Assembly (NCBI GenBank): GCA_035316005.1
Contig: DATFXK010000017.1
Location: 1-37,619 of the forward strand
Length of the DNA stretch: 37,619 bases
From: Acidimicrobiia bacterium
GTDB taxonomy: Bacteria; Actinomycetota; Acidimicrobiia; IMCC26256; JACDBD01
Direction: 5' to 3'
The translations under genes and the position numbers were made by a program. Every line of letters starts with the position of its first letter. Position 1 is the stretch's first letter. Below the pieces are notes generated by a model. It worked only from the letters and a program-made list of their open reading frames with translations. It was not told where the DNA came from and searched no databases. Below, piece after piece: positions 18,685-26,578 of the stretch.

Positions 18685-18930
18685 GTGCAGCTCATCTGCT
18701 GGGTTCTGCGCATCTACCTCGTCGTGCTCGCGGCGCGCGCGATCTTGTCGTGGTTCCCGGTTCGTCCCGGCAGCCCGCTGAGGTCGATCGCGACGCTCCT
18801 GGCGGATCTCACCGAGCCGGTGTTGCGACCGTTCCGCAGCATCATCCCGCCGGTCGGGATGTTCGACCTCTCCTTCATGGTCGTCTTCTTCGTGCTGTTC
18901 ATCGTCCAGGGGATCGTCTGCTCGCTGTAG
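18685..18930 (+). CDS. YggT/YlmG family membrane protein
   Basis: ILSWFP..LTEPVLRPFRSIIPPVGMFDLS; position between sepF and divIVA. Confidence 0.9.
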   Translation: MQLICWVLRIYLVVLAARAILSWFPVRPGSPLRSIATLLADLTEPVLRPFRSIIPPVGMFDLSFMVVFFVLFIVQGIVCSL

Positions 18931-19064
18931 TCGGTCGCCGTCGCAAGCTCCGGCTCCTGCTCCGGCGGTCGGCAAAGCCGCCGCCTCCGCGCTAGTCCTC
19001 CGGGGTGCTGCGGGACTGTGAGGGTTTCCCACCTGCGCCGGGCGGCTCGATAGCATGGGGTGTC

Positions 19065-20039
19065 ATGGATGTAACTCCCCGTGAGCTGCGGGACACCGAC
19101 ATCCGGGAAGGCTTCCGCGGCTACCACCGCGACGACGTCGACGAGTTGCTCGAACGCGCCGCGTCGACGGTCGAAGGTCTGACCGAACGCGTACGCCAGT
19201 TGACCGACCGCCTCCAGAACGCGGAAGGAAGCGCGGGCAAGAGCCGCGAGACCGAAGAGATGCTCCAGCGCACGCTCGTGCTCGCGCAGAAGACCGCCGA
19301 CGAGGCGATCGCCGAAGCGCAGGAGCGGGCGCGCACGCTGCTCGAGGAGTCCGAGACGAAGGCTCGGAACGTCGTGAACGAAGCGGAGGGGACCGCGCGC
19401 CGGGTCGCCGAGAACGAGCGCGCCCGGCTCGAGAGCGAGGTCCAGGACCTCTCGGCGCGACGCGACGCTCTGAATGCCGACGTCGAGGCGCTCGAGAAGT
19501 ACGAGAAGGAGTACCGCACCCGGCTTCGGAAGGCGATCGAGTCCGAGCTCGACTCGCTGGGCAAGTTCAGCGCGCAGCACGGCCAGCGCCCGAAGCTCCA
19601 CGACGTCTCGGTCCCGCCACCGCGCGAGGCGGTGGCGAACTCGGGCCGGCCGTCGTCACCGTCCCCACCGCCGGGCCCGTCCTCGTCGCCGTCGCTCCCC
19701 ACGGCCGAGATCGACGCGGTGGACCCGTTCCCGAAGGCGCCGCCGGAGCCGGCGCGGAGCGCGCCGCCCGCGGACCCGGAGCCGGGGTGGCGCGGCCCGG
19801 AGGCGCCGCCGTCGGAGCCGGTCCCGAAGCCGCAGGTCGGGAGCACTCCCGGTCTGTCGGACTTCGTTCCCGCCGACGAGCCGGTCGAGCCCGAGGTCCT
19901 CGACGACGACGCGTTCTTCGCGACGCTGCGTGAGGCGGTGCGAGACGACGCCCCGCTCGGGCCGCGCGAAGAGGAGGACGACCTCTACGACGACGACACC
20001 GCGCCGCCCCGCAAGCGGGGCTGGGGACGCCGGCGCTAG
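19065..20039 (+). CDS. divIVA: DivIVA/Wag31 family protein
   Basis: MDVTPREL..FRGYHRDDVDELL, coiled coils, TLVLAQKTAD, Pro-rich tail. ATG 19065 lies 8 nt after TAGCAT. Confidence 0.92.
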   Translation: MDVTPRELRDTDIREGFRGYHRDDVDELLERAASTVEGLTERVRQLTDRLQNAEGSAGKSRETEEMLQRTLVLAQKTADEAIAEAQERARTLLEESETKARNVVNEAEGTARRVAENERARLESEVQDLSARRDALNADVEALEKYEKEYRTRLRKAIESELDSLGKFSAQHGQRPKLHDVSVPPPREAVANSGRPSSPSPPPGPSSSPSLPTAEIDAVDPFPKAPPEPARSAPPADPEPGWRGPEAPPSEPVPKPQVGSTPGLSDFVPADEPVEPEVLDDDAFFATLREAVRDDAPLGPREEEDDLYDDDTAPPRKRGWGRRR

Positions 20040-20048
20040 TGCTCTCCG

Positions 20049-20073
20049 GCCCGGGCTGACGCGTCAGCCGGGC
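20049..20073. terminator. Palindrome at the convergent divIVA/ileS junction
   Basis: Perfect 16-bp palindrome GGCTGACGCGTCAGCC (20054-20069), extendable by GCCC/GGGC; no U tract. Confidence 0.35.
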
Positions 20074-23000
20074 TGCTCGACCTTCTGCAGCCGCACCGAC
20101 GCCGTGGATCCGTCGACGTCCAGCTGCGCGACGTCCGCGTGCGGCGGTTCACCCTCCTCGACGTCCCAGTCCACGGCGAGAACCTCGGCCGCGATCCACT
20201 GGTCGTGGTGCCGGGCCGCGTCGGCCAGTGGGCCGTCCGCCCACACCGTGACGCGCACGCGATCGCTGATGTCGAGACCCGACGCCTTGCGGAGGTCGTT
20301 GAGCTTGCGGGCCAGCTCGCGCGCGGTGCCCTCGCGCCGGAGGTCGTCGTCGAGCGTCGTGTCGAGCGCGACCGCGTAGCCGCCGTCCCGCGCCAGGGCG
20401 AGCTCGGCGTGGGACGTGGCCCGCACCTCCACCTCGTCGGGACCGACGTCGACGGTGTCGCCGCTCGCGAGCTCGATGCGGTACCGGCCGTCGGCGTCGA
20501 AGGCGCGCTGGACCGCGGCACCGTCAACGGACCCCAACGCGGCCTTGATCTCGGGCATGAGCTTGCCGACGCGCGGTCCGAGCGCGCGGAAGTTGGGAAC
20601 CACCACGTAGTCGACCAGGCCTTCGAGACCCGTGATGCGCTCGACCTCGCGTACGTTCAGCGCGTCCCGGATCTCCTCGGTCACCGCGTCGCCGAGGCGT
20701 CGCCCGTCGGGGAGCAGGACCAGGGCGCGCCGAAGCGGCGTCCGGACCTTGAGGCGCGCCTCGCTGCGCGCCGCCAGCCCCAGTGACACCACATGACGGG
20801 CCTCGACCATCTCCGCCTCGAGCTCGTCGTCGAGCGCGGGCACGTCCATCGCGGGCCAGTCGGCGAGGTGCACGGACTTGTCGCGTCCGCTGAGGTTCCG
20901 ATGCACCTCGTCCGTCGTGAACGGGCACAGCGGCGCCAGCAGCTTCGCGACGGTCAGCAGGCTCTCGTACAGCGCCCCGTGCGCCGCCGGGTCGGAGTCC
21001 TTCCAGAACCGCGGACGGGAGCGTCGCACGTACCAGTTCGACAAGTCGTCGACGAAACGGTCGAGCGCCTGGGCGGCCCGGAGGGCGTCGAACCCTTCGA
21101 GCGCGTCGGTGACCTCGCCGACGGTGCGGTGCAGGCGCGAGCGGATCCAACGATCGAGGACGTGCTCCACGCGCGCCGCTTGGTCGGGCGCCCACCCGTC
21201 GAGGTTCGCGTACGTTACGAAGAACGAGTACGTGTTCCAGAGCGTGAGTAGGAAACGGCCGGTCGACTCGTCGATGCCGGCCTCCGACACGCGGCGCGTC
21301 GTCCACGGTGACCCGGAGGAGAAGAAGTACCAGCGCAAGGCGTCGGCGCCGCGGGTGTCGAGGATCTCCCACGGGTCGATGACGTTGCCGCGGGACTTCG
21401 ACATCTTCTGCCCGTCGCCGGCGACGATCAGCGCCAGACACACGACGTTGCGGTAGGGGGCCCGGTCGAACACGAGCCCGTTGACGGCGAGCAGCGAGTA
21501 GAACCAGCCGCGCGTCTGGTCGATCGCCTCGGCGATGAAGTCGGCGGGGAAGCGCCGTTCGAAGAGCTCCCGGTTCTCGAACGGGTAATGGAACTGGGCC
21601 GATGGCATGCTCCCCGAGTCGAACCACGCGTCGAGCACGGGATCGACGCGACGCGCGCGTCCCGAGCACTGCGGACACGAGATGGTGACGTCGTCGACGT
21701 AGGGTCGGTGCAGGTCGAGATCGGAGAGATCGCGGCCGGCGAGCTCGCTCAACTCGGCGACCGAGCCCACGCACGTGTCGCCGTTGCAGCCGTCGCAACG
21801 CCACACGGGGAGCGGCGTGCCCCAGAAGCGGTCACGTGACAGCGCCCAGTCGACGTTGTTCTCGAGCCAGTCACCGAAGCGCCCGTGCTTGATGTAGTCG
21901 GGATGCCAGTTGATCGTCTCGTTCTCGCGGAGCAGGACGTCCTTGCGCTCCGACGTGCGCGCGAACCACGTCGGCTTCGCCCAATAGATGAGCGGCGTGC
22001 CGCATCGCCAGCAGTGCGGATACGCGTGCGAGTAGTCGACGACCGACACCAGCCGCCCGGCGGCCGCGAGCTCGTCGATCAGCGCGGGGTCGGTGTCCTT
22101 CACGAACTGTCCCGCGAGCTGCGGGATCGAGGAATCGAACCGCGCGTCGGAGCCGACGGGATTGAGCACCGGAAGCTGCTCCCGTTCGGCGACCTCGCGG
22201 TCGACCTCACCGAACGCCGGCGCGAGATGGACGATGCCGGACCCTTCCTCGATCGTGACGAAGTCGTCGACCACCACACGGTTCGCGCCCACATCGACGG
22301 GCAGGAAGTCGAACGGCCGCTCGTACCGCAGCCCGGCGAGGTCCGACACGGGCACGGCGCCGATCGGCTCGACGTCGTCGCCGAGGACGTCGGCGACGCG
22401 CGACGCGGCCATGACGAGGTCACGACCGCCGTCGGGCGCCTGAACGCGCACGTACTCGATCCCGGGGCCGACGGCCACGGCGACGTTCGACACCAGGGTC
22501 CAGGGGGTGGTCGTCCACACGAGGAGGTCGAAGTCGACGCCGTCGGCGGGGAAGCGGACGTAGGCGGACGGCTCGGTGACGTCCCGGTACGCGCCCGGCT
22601 GGCCCAGCTCGTGGCTCGACAAGGCCGTCCCACACCGGCCGCAGTAGGGCACGACCTTGAAGCCCTCGTAGAGGAGGCCGCGATCCCACATCTGGCGAAC
22701 GACCCACCACACGCTCTCGATGTACTCGTTGCTGAGCGTCCAGTACGCGTCGGCCGTGTCGATCCACATGCCGATGCGCGAGGTCAGCGCCGACCAGTCC
22801 TCGACGTAACGTTGCACCGATTCACGGCACCGCTGGTTGAAGGCCTCGATCCCGAAGTCCTCGATCTCGTGCTTGTTCGTGATGCCGAGCGCCTTCTCGA
22901 CCTGCACCTCGACGGGCAGGCCGTGGCAGTCCCACCCGCCCTTCCTCGCCACGTATCGGCCGCGCATCGTGTGGAAGCGGGGGTAGAGGTCCTTGAAAAT

Positions 23001-23189
23001 ACGGGCCCAAACGTGGTGGATGCCGGGCGGCGCGTTGGCGGTCGGCGGCCCTTCGTAGAACACCCACTCCGGCGCACCTTCGCGCCGGCGCAGGCTCTCG
23101 CCGAAGGCGTCTTGTTCGCGCCAGCGCTCGAGCACGCGCGCTTCGAGCTCGACGAGGTCGAGCGCGGACGGCACCGGCGTGAACGCCAT
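20064..23189 (-). CDS. ileS: Isoleucine--tRNA ligase, type 2 (IleRS2)
   Basis: FYEGPPTAN, GWDCHGLPVE, WTTTPWTL, DWALSRDRFWG, DQTRGWF, KMSKS, type-2 C-terminal domain (EGTARELAR). Start set to ATG 23189. Confidence 0.97.
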   Translation of the reverse strand: MAFTPVPSALDLVELEARVLERWREQDAFGESLRRREGAPEWVFYEGPPTANAPPGIHHVWARIFKDLYPRFHTMRGRYVARKGGWDCHGLPVEVQVEKALGITNKHEIEDFGIEAFNQRCRESVQRYVEDWSALTSRIGMWIDTADAYWTLSNEYIESVWWVVRQMWDRGLLYEGFKVVPYCGRCGTALSSHELGQPGAYRDVTEPSAYVRFPADGVDFDLLVWTTTPWTLVSNVAVAVGPGIEYVRVQAPDGGRDLVMAASRVADVLGDDVEPIGAVPVSDLAGLRYERPFDFLPVDVGANRVVVDDFVTIEEGSGIVHLAPAFGEVDREVAEREQLPVLNPVGSDARFDSSIPQLAGQFVKDTDPALIDELAAAGRLVSVVDYSHAYPHCWRCGTPLIYWAKPTWFARTSERKDVLLRENETINWHPDYIKHGRFGDWLENNVDWALSRDRFWGTPLPVWRCDGCNGDTCVGSVAELSELAGRDLSDLDLHRPYVDDVTISCPQCSGRARRVDPVLDAWFDSGSMPSAQFHYPFENRELFERRFPADFIAEAIDQTRGWFYSLLAVNGLVFDRAPYRNVVCLALIVAGDGQKMSKSRGNVIDPWEILDTRGADALRWYFFSSGSPWTTRRVSEAGIDESTGRFLLTLWNTYSFFVTYANLDGWAPDQAARVEHVLDRWIRSRLHRTVGEVTDALEGFDALRAAQALDRFVDDLSNWYVRRSRPRFWKDSDPAAHGALYESLLTVAKLLAPLCPFTTDEVHRNLSGRDKSVHLADWPAMDVPALDDELEAEMVEARHVVSLGLAARSEARLKVRTPLRRALVLLPDGRRLGDAVTEEIRDALNVREVERITGLEGLVDYVVVPNFRALGPRVGKLMPEIKAALGSVDGAAVQRAFDADGRYRIELASGDTVDVGPDEVEVRATSHAELALARDGGYAVALDTTLDDDLRREGTARELARKLNDLRKASGLDISDRVRVTVWADGPLADAARHHDQWIAAEVLAVDWDVEEGEPPHADVAQLDVDGSTASVRLQKVEQPG

Positions 23190-23195
23190 GTGCCG

Positions 23196-23202
23196 TAGAG
23201 TA
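23196..23202. promoter_or_regulatory. Overlapping divergent -10 elements (ileS / DUF167)
   Basis: TAGAGTA reads TAGAGT on + and TACTCT on -; the latter lies 7 nt from the ileS ATG. Confidence 0.5.
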
Positions 23203-23241
23203 CAAGCAGCCTCTTCCGTTCCCGCCGCCAAAGGACCGGCC

Positions 23242-23592
23242 GTGACGCGCCCTACCGAGCTGTACGACGTCGAACGCGACGCGGTGGTCGTGCGAGTGCA
23301 CGTCCAGCCGGGCGCGGGACGCAGCTCGATCGTGGGCCGCCACGGCGACTCGCTCAAGGTGCGAGTGGCGGCGCCGCCCGTGGACGGGCGGGCGAACGCG
23401 GCGGCGATCGCGCTCATTGCCGCCACGCTCGGCGTCAAGGAGAGCGCGGTCGCGCTCGTCTCCGGCGAACGGTCGCGGCTCAAGCGCTTGCGCGTGGTCG
23501 GGATCGACGCCGACGACGTCGAGTCCCGCTTGCGCCAGGCGCTCGCCGAGGCGGATGCGCGGGTCGGGGAGCCGCGCCACCGCCCCGTCTAG
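23242..23592 (+). CDS. DUF167 (YggU/UPF0235) family protein
   Basis: VHVQPGA, LKVRVAAPPVDGRAN, VSGERSRLK. GTG 23242 follows AAGGA. Confidence 0.9.
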   Translation: MTRPTELYDVERDAVVVRVHVQPGAGRSSIVGRHGDSLKVRVAAPPVDGRANAAAIALIAATLGVKESAVALVSGERSRLKRLRVVGIDADDVESRLRQALAEADARVGEPRHRPV

Positions 23593-23595
23593 CCC

Positions 23596-23643
23596 AACGT
23601 CGCCGCCGCGGCGCGGAATGCCGTGGTGAAGCGGCGGCGTTTG
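23596..23643 (+). terminator. Possible intrinsic terminator after DUF167
   Basis: AACGTCGCCGC (23596-23606) pairs with GCGGCGGCGTT (23631-23641), with an inner CGCGGC/GCCGTG stem and a short T run. Confidence 0.35.
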
Positions 23644-23716
23644 CTCCTACTATCCTGCGCTCCCCGGCGACGCGGGCGGGAGCGCCGCCGCCCGTTCTGC
23701 CACCTGGGAGCCCCCA

Positions 23717-24640
23717 ATGGCATCACCACAGAAGACCGCTGCGCCGAGGAAGGCCGCGTCCGGTCGCACGGCGACCAAGGCGGCCGCGGCGAAGCGGTCC
23801 TCGGCGAAGAAGCCCGCCAAGCCCGCGCCAAAGAAGGCGAAGACCGGGACGAAGCCCGCGAGGCAGGCCGCAAAGTCCGCGGCCAAGAAGCCGCCGGCGA
23901 AGCGGCCCGGGGCCAGGAAGCCGAAGAGCTCGACGCCGAAGAAGCCCGCTCCGGCGAAGCGCGCCGGCAAGTCGGCCCCGGCCAAGGGCGCCAAGGCCGG
24001 AAGGAAGACCGCCAAGGCGGGCAAGACGGCGAAGCCGGCCAAGAAGAAGGCACCCCCGGCGAAGAAGGCGCCCGCGGCCAAGAAGGCGCCTCCCGTGAAG
24101 AAGGCACCCCCGGCGAAGAAGGCGCCCGCCAAGGCGAGCAAGGCGGCGCCGGCGGCGAAGAAGGCCGCGGTGCCGAAGCTGCCGCCGGTCAAGAAGGCAC
24201 CGCCGCGCAAGCCCGGCTCCGTCATCTGCCCGCTGTCGGGGTGGGAGGTCATGCCGGCGAAGCCGAACCTCTCCGACCGCACGCTCAAGCGCCTCGGTCA
24301 GAAGCTGCTCGACGAACGCGACCAGCAGCTCCGCCAGGCCGACGATCTCCAGGCCGAGGCCGAGGAGCTGGCCCAGGAGCGCGACCCGGGCGACACCCAG
24401 TTCGACGAGGAGTCGGGCGAGGGCGACACAGTGAACGTCGAGCGCGAACGCGACCTGTTGCTGTCGGCGTCGGCCCGCCAGATCGTCGACGCGATCGACC
24501 GCGCCCTGAAGCGCATGGACGCGGGCACCTACGGCGTGTGTGTGCCCGCCGGGCGCCGACTCTCGGTCGAGCGCCTCGAGGCGATCCCGTACGCCGAGGA
24601 GTGTGTCGACTGCAAGGCTCGTGCCGAACGACGCCGCTAG
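23717..24640 (+). CDS. Histone-H1-like (Lys/Ala/Pro) N-terminus fused to a DksA/TraR domain (DdbA-like)
   Basis: About 165 aa of KKAP/PAKK low complexity, then a coiled coil and GTYGVC..ERLEAIPYAEECVDCK; GGGAG RBS. Confidence 0.88.
   Translation: MASPQKTAAPRKAASGRTATKAAAAKRSSAKKPAKPAPKKAKTGTKPARQAAKSAAKKPPAKRPGARKPKSSTPKKPAPAKRAGKSAPAKGAKAGRKTAKAGKTAKPAKKKAPPAKKAPAAKKAPPVKKAPPAKKAPAKASKAAPAAKKAAVPKLPPVKKAPPRKPGSVICPLSGWEVMPAKPNLSDRTLKRLGQKLLDERDQQLRQADDLQAEAEELAQERDPGDTQFDEESGEGDTVNVERERDLLLSASARQIVDAIDRALKRMDAGTYGVCVPAGRRLSVERLEAIPYAEECVDCKARAERRR
24044..24130 (+). repeat. 18-bp coding tandem repeat (KKAPxx, about 5 copies)
   Basis: AAGAAGGCACCCCCGGCG-type units at 24044, 24062, 24080, 24098 and 24116; units 1 and 4 are identical. 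Confidence 0.8.
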
Positions 24641-25151
24641 CGGACACGCTCACTCCGAGCCGGGCTCGGCCCGGTCGACGCGCCGGCCGCTGCTGATCGT
24701 CGGGCTCGTCGTCTTCGTCGTCGTCCTCGACCAGATCACCAAGGCGTTGGTCGTCGAGCACCTCGCCGACGGGCCGCTGTCGATCATCGGCGATTCCGTC
24801 GAGTTCCGGTTGAGCCGGAACCCGGGCGGCGCGTTCAGCATCCTGACCGGGTTCACGCCGCTGCTCGCCGTGCTCGCGGCCATCGTCGCCGTCGTGCTCG
24901 TTCGCGTCGCGCAACGCGCCAAGGACCCGGTCATGGTGGTCGCGCTGTCCCTCGTTCTCGGCGGCGCGCTCGGCAACCTCCTCGATCGGGTGTTCCGCGC
25001 GCCGGGCTTCCTGCGCGGCGAGGTCGTCGACTTCGTCCGCGTCGGTGCGTTCCCCAGCTTCAACGTCGCCGACTCCGCGATCACGATCGGTGCCGTGCTC
25101 CTCCTGATCTGGGGTTGGCGTGACCGCGACGAGCAACGCCACCCGCGATGA
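24621..25151 (+). CDS. lspA: Lipoprotein signal peptidase II
   Basis: LDQITK, NPGGAFS, GGALGNLLDR, VVDF, FNVADSAI. Start probably GTG 24621 (uncertain). Confidence 0.93.
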   Translation: MPNDAASGHAHSEPGSARSTRRPLLIVGLVVFVVVLDQITKALVVEHLADGPLSIIGDSVEFRLSRNPGGAFSILTGFTPLLAVLAAIVAVVLVRVAQRAKDPVMVVALSLVLGGALGNLLDRVFRAPGFLRGEVVDFVRVGAFPSFNVADSAITIGAVLLLIWGWRDRDEQRHPR

Positions 25152-26076
25152 GACTCGTGGCGTGAGCGAGCTCGCCGTCCCCGGCACGCTGGCCGGCGAG
25201 CGGCTCGACCGGGCCCTGGCGCTGCTCACGGGGTGGAGCCGCGCCGAGGTCGCCCGCCTCATCGACGAGGGCGCCGTCCTCGTGGGCGGTCAACCCGTCG
25301 CCAAGAGCCATCGTCTCGAGGCCGGGGCGCTCGTCGAGCTGCTCTCCGAACCGCCGCCCGACCGCCCGCCCGGCCCCGAGCCCGTCCCCGTCGACATCCG
25401 CTACGCCGACGACGACCTCGTCGTGGTCAGCAAGCCGGCCGGGCTCGTCGTCCACCCCGGCGCCGGCCACCCCGGCGGGACGCTCGTCAACGGTCTGCTC
25501 GAACGGTTCCCCGAGATCGCCGGGGTCGGCGACCCGGCCCGGCCCGGCATCGTGCACCGGCTCGACCGCGACACGAGCGGCCTCATGCTCGTCGCCCGCT
25601 CGCGGCGCGCCTACGACGCCCTCGTCGCCGCACTCGCCCGGCGTGAGATCGACCGCAGGTACCTCGCGCTCGTGTGGGATCGCTTCGACGCGCCTCGGGG
25701 CGTCATCGACGCGCCGATCGGCCGGTCACCGACGCGCCGTACTCGCATGGCGATCCGCGACGAGGGGCGCGCGGCGCGCACCGCCTACGAGGTGCGCGCC
25801 GAGTACGGCGACCCGATCGCGACCCTCGTCGAGTGCCGCCTCGAGACCGGACGCACGCACCAGCTGCGCGTCCACCTGAGCGCCGTCGGGCACGCTGTCG
25901 TGGGCGACGCCGCGTATCGGGGCGATCGAGCCGCGCTTCGTCTCGACCGGCCGTTCCTGCACGCGTACCGACTCGGCCTCGCGCACCCAACGACCGCGCA
26001 GCACCTCGGCTTCGAGGACCCGCTGCCGACCGAGCTCGCGTCGGTGCTCGACGGGCTCGAGCCCGCCTCAGGCTGA
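25120..26076 (+). CDS. rluD: RluA/RluD family pseudouridine synthase
   Basis: S4-like RLD..SR, KPAGLVVHP, GIVHRLDRDTSG, LETGRTHQLR, GD, LHA. Alternative start GTG 25162. Confidence 0.92.
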   Translation: MTATSNATRDETRGVSELAVPGTLAGERLDRALALLTGWSRAEVARLIDEGAVLVGGQPVAKSHRLEAGALVELLSEPPPDRPPGPEPVPVDIRYADDDLVVVSKPAGLVVHPGAGHPGGTLVNGLLERFPEIAGVGDPARPGIVHRLDRDTSGLMLVARSRRAYDALVAALARREIDRRYLALVWDRFDAPRGVIDAPIGRSPTRRTRMAIRDEGRAARTAYEVRAEYGDPIATLVECRLETGRTHQLRVHLSAVGHAVVGDAAYRGDRAALRLDRPFLHAYRLGLAHPTTAQHLGFEDPLPTELASVLDGLEPASG

Positions 26077-26499
26077 CGACTTGGCGGCCGCGTCGGGGTG
26101 CCCCACCCGGGTGCGCTCGACGAGCTGGGCCAGGGTGAAGCCGTCGAGCAGCTGACGCATCTCCTCGGAGACGCACACCCACACCTCCTGGAGGATGCAG
26201 TGCCCCTCGCAGTGGTCGTGCTCGCCCATGAGCGTCGTGAGCGGCCCGTCGACGGCGGTGAGGATCTCGGCCAGCGTGATGTCCTCCGGGGCGCGGGCGA
26301 GCACGTAGCCGCCGCCGACGCCCCGCTTCGAGCGGACCAGCCCGGCGCCCTTCACGGCCAGGAGGATCTGCTCGAGGTACGGCTGGGGCAGGCTCGTGCG
26401 CTCGGCGATCTCCTTCACCGACGTCGGCCGGTCCTTGCCGTGGAGGGCGAGCGACAGGAGGGCACGGGCCGCGTAGTCGCCCCGGGTCGAGACCTTCAC
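26068..26499 (-). CDS. Rrf2 family transcriptional regulator
   Basis: STRGDYA, YLEQIL, LVRSKRGVGGGYVLAR, ITLAEIL..VDG. Confidence 0.92.
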   Translation of the reverse strand: MKVSTRGDYAARALLSLALHGKDRPTSVKEIAERTSLPQPYLEQILLAVKGAGLVRSKRGVGGGYVLARAPEDITLAEILTAVDGPLTTLMGEHDHCEGHCILQEVWVCVSEEMRQLLDGFTLAQLVERTRVGHPDAAAKSSA

Positions 26500-26578
26500 G
26501 CCACCATGGTCGCGCGTCGGAGAGCACGGTCGGGGCCCTTGGCCCCGCCTAGATTCGGGGGAGAAGGGAGGCCAGCGG

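Noticed and set aside
20064-23189. ileS inverted relative to divIVA as a novel rearrangement
   Set aside because: No recombinase or flanking repeats are visible, and the divIVA-ileS-dksA-like-lspA-rluD order is known in actinomycetes. I cannot claim novelty without a synteny search
23650-24288. Minus-strand GAFFAGG-repeat ORF and a possible CRISPR-like repeat
   Set aside because: It is the mirror of the KKAP coding repeat; units are contiguous, codon-degenerate and have no spacers
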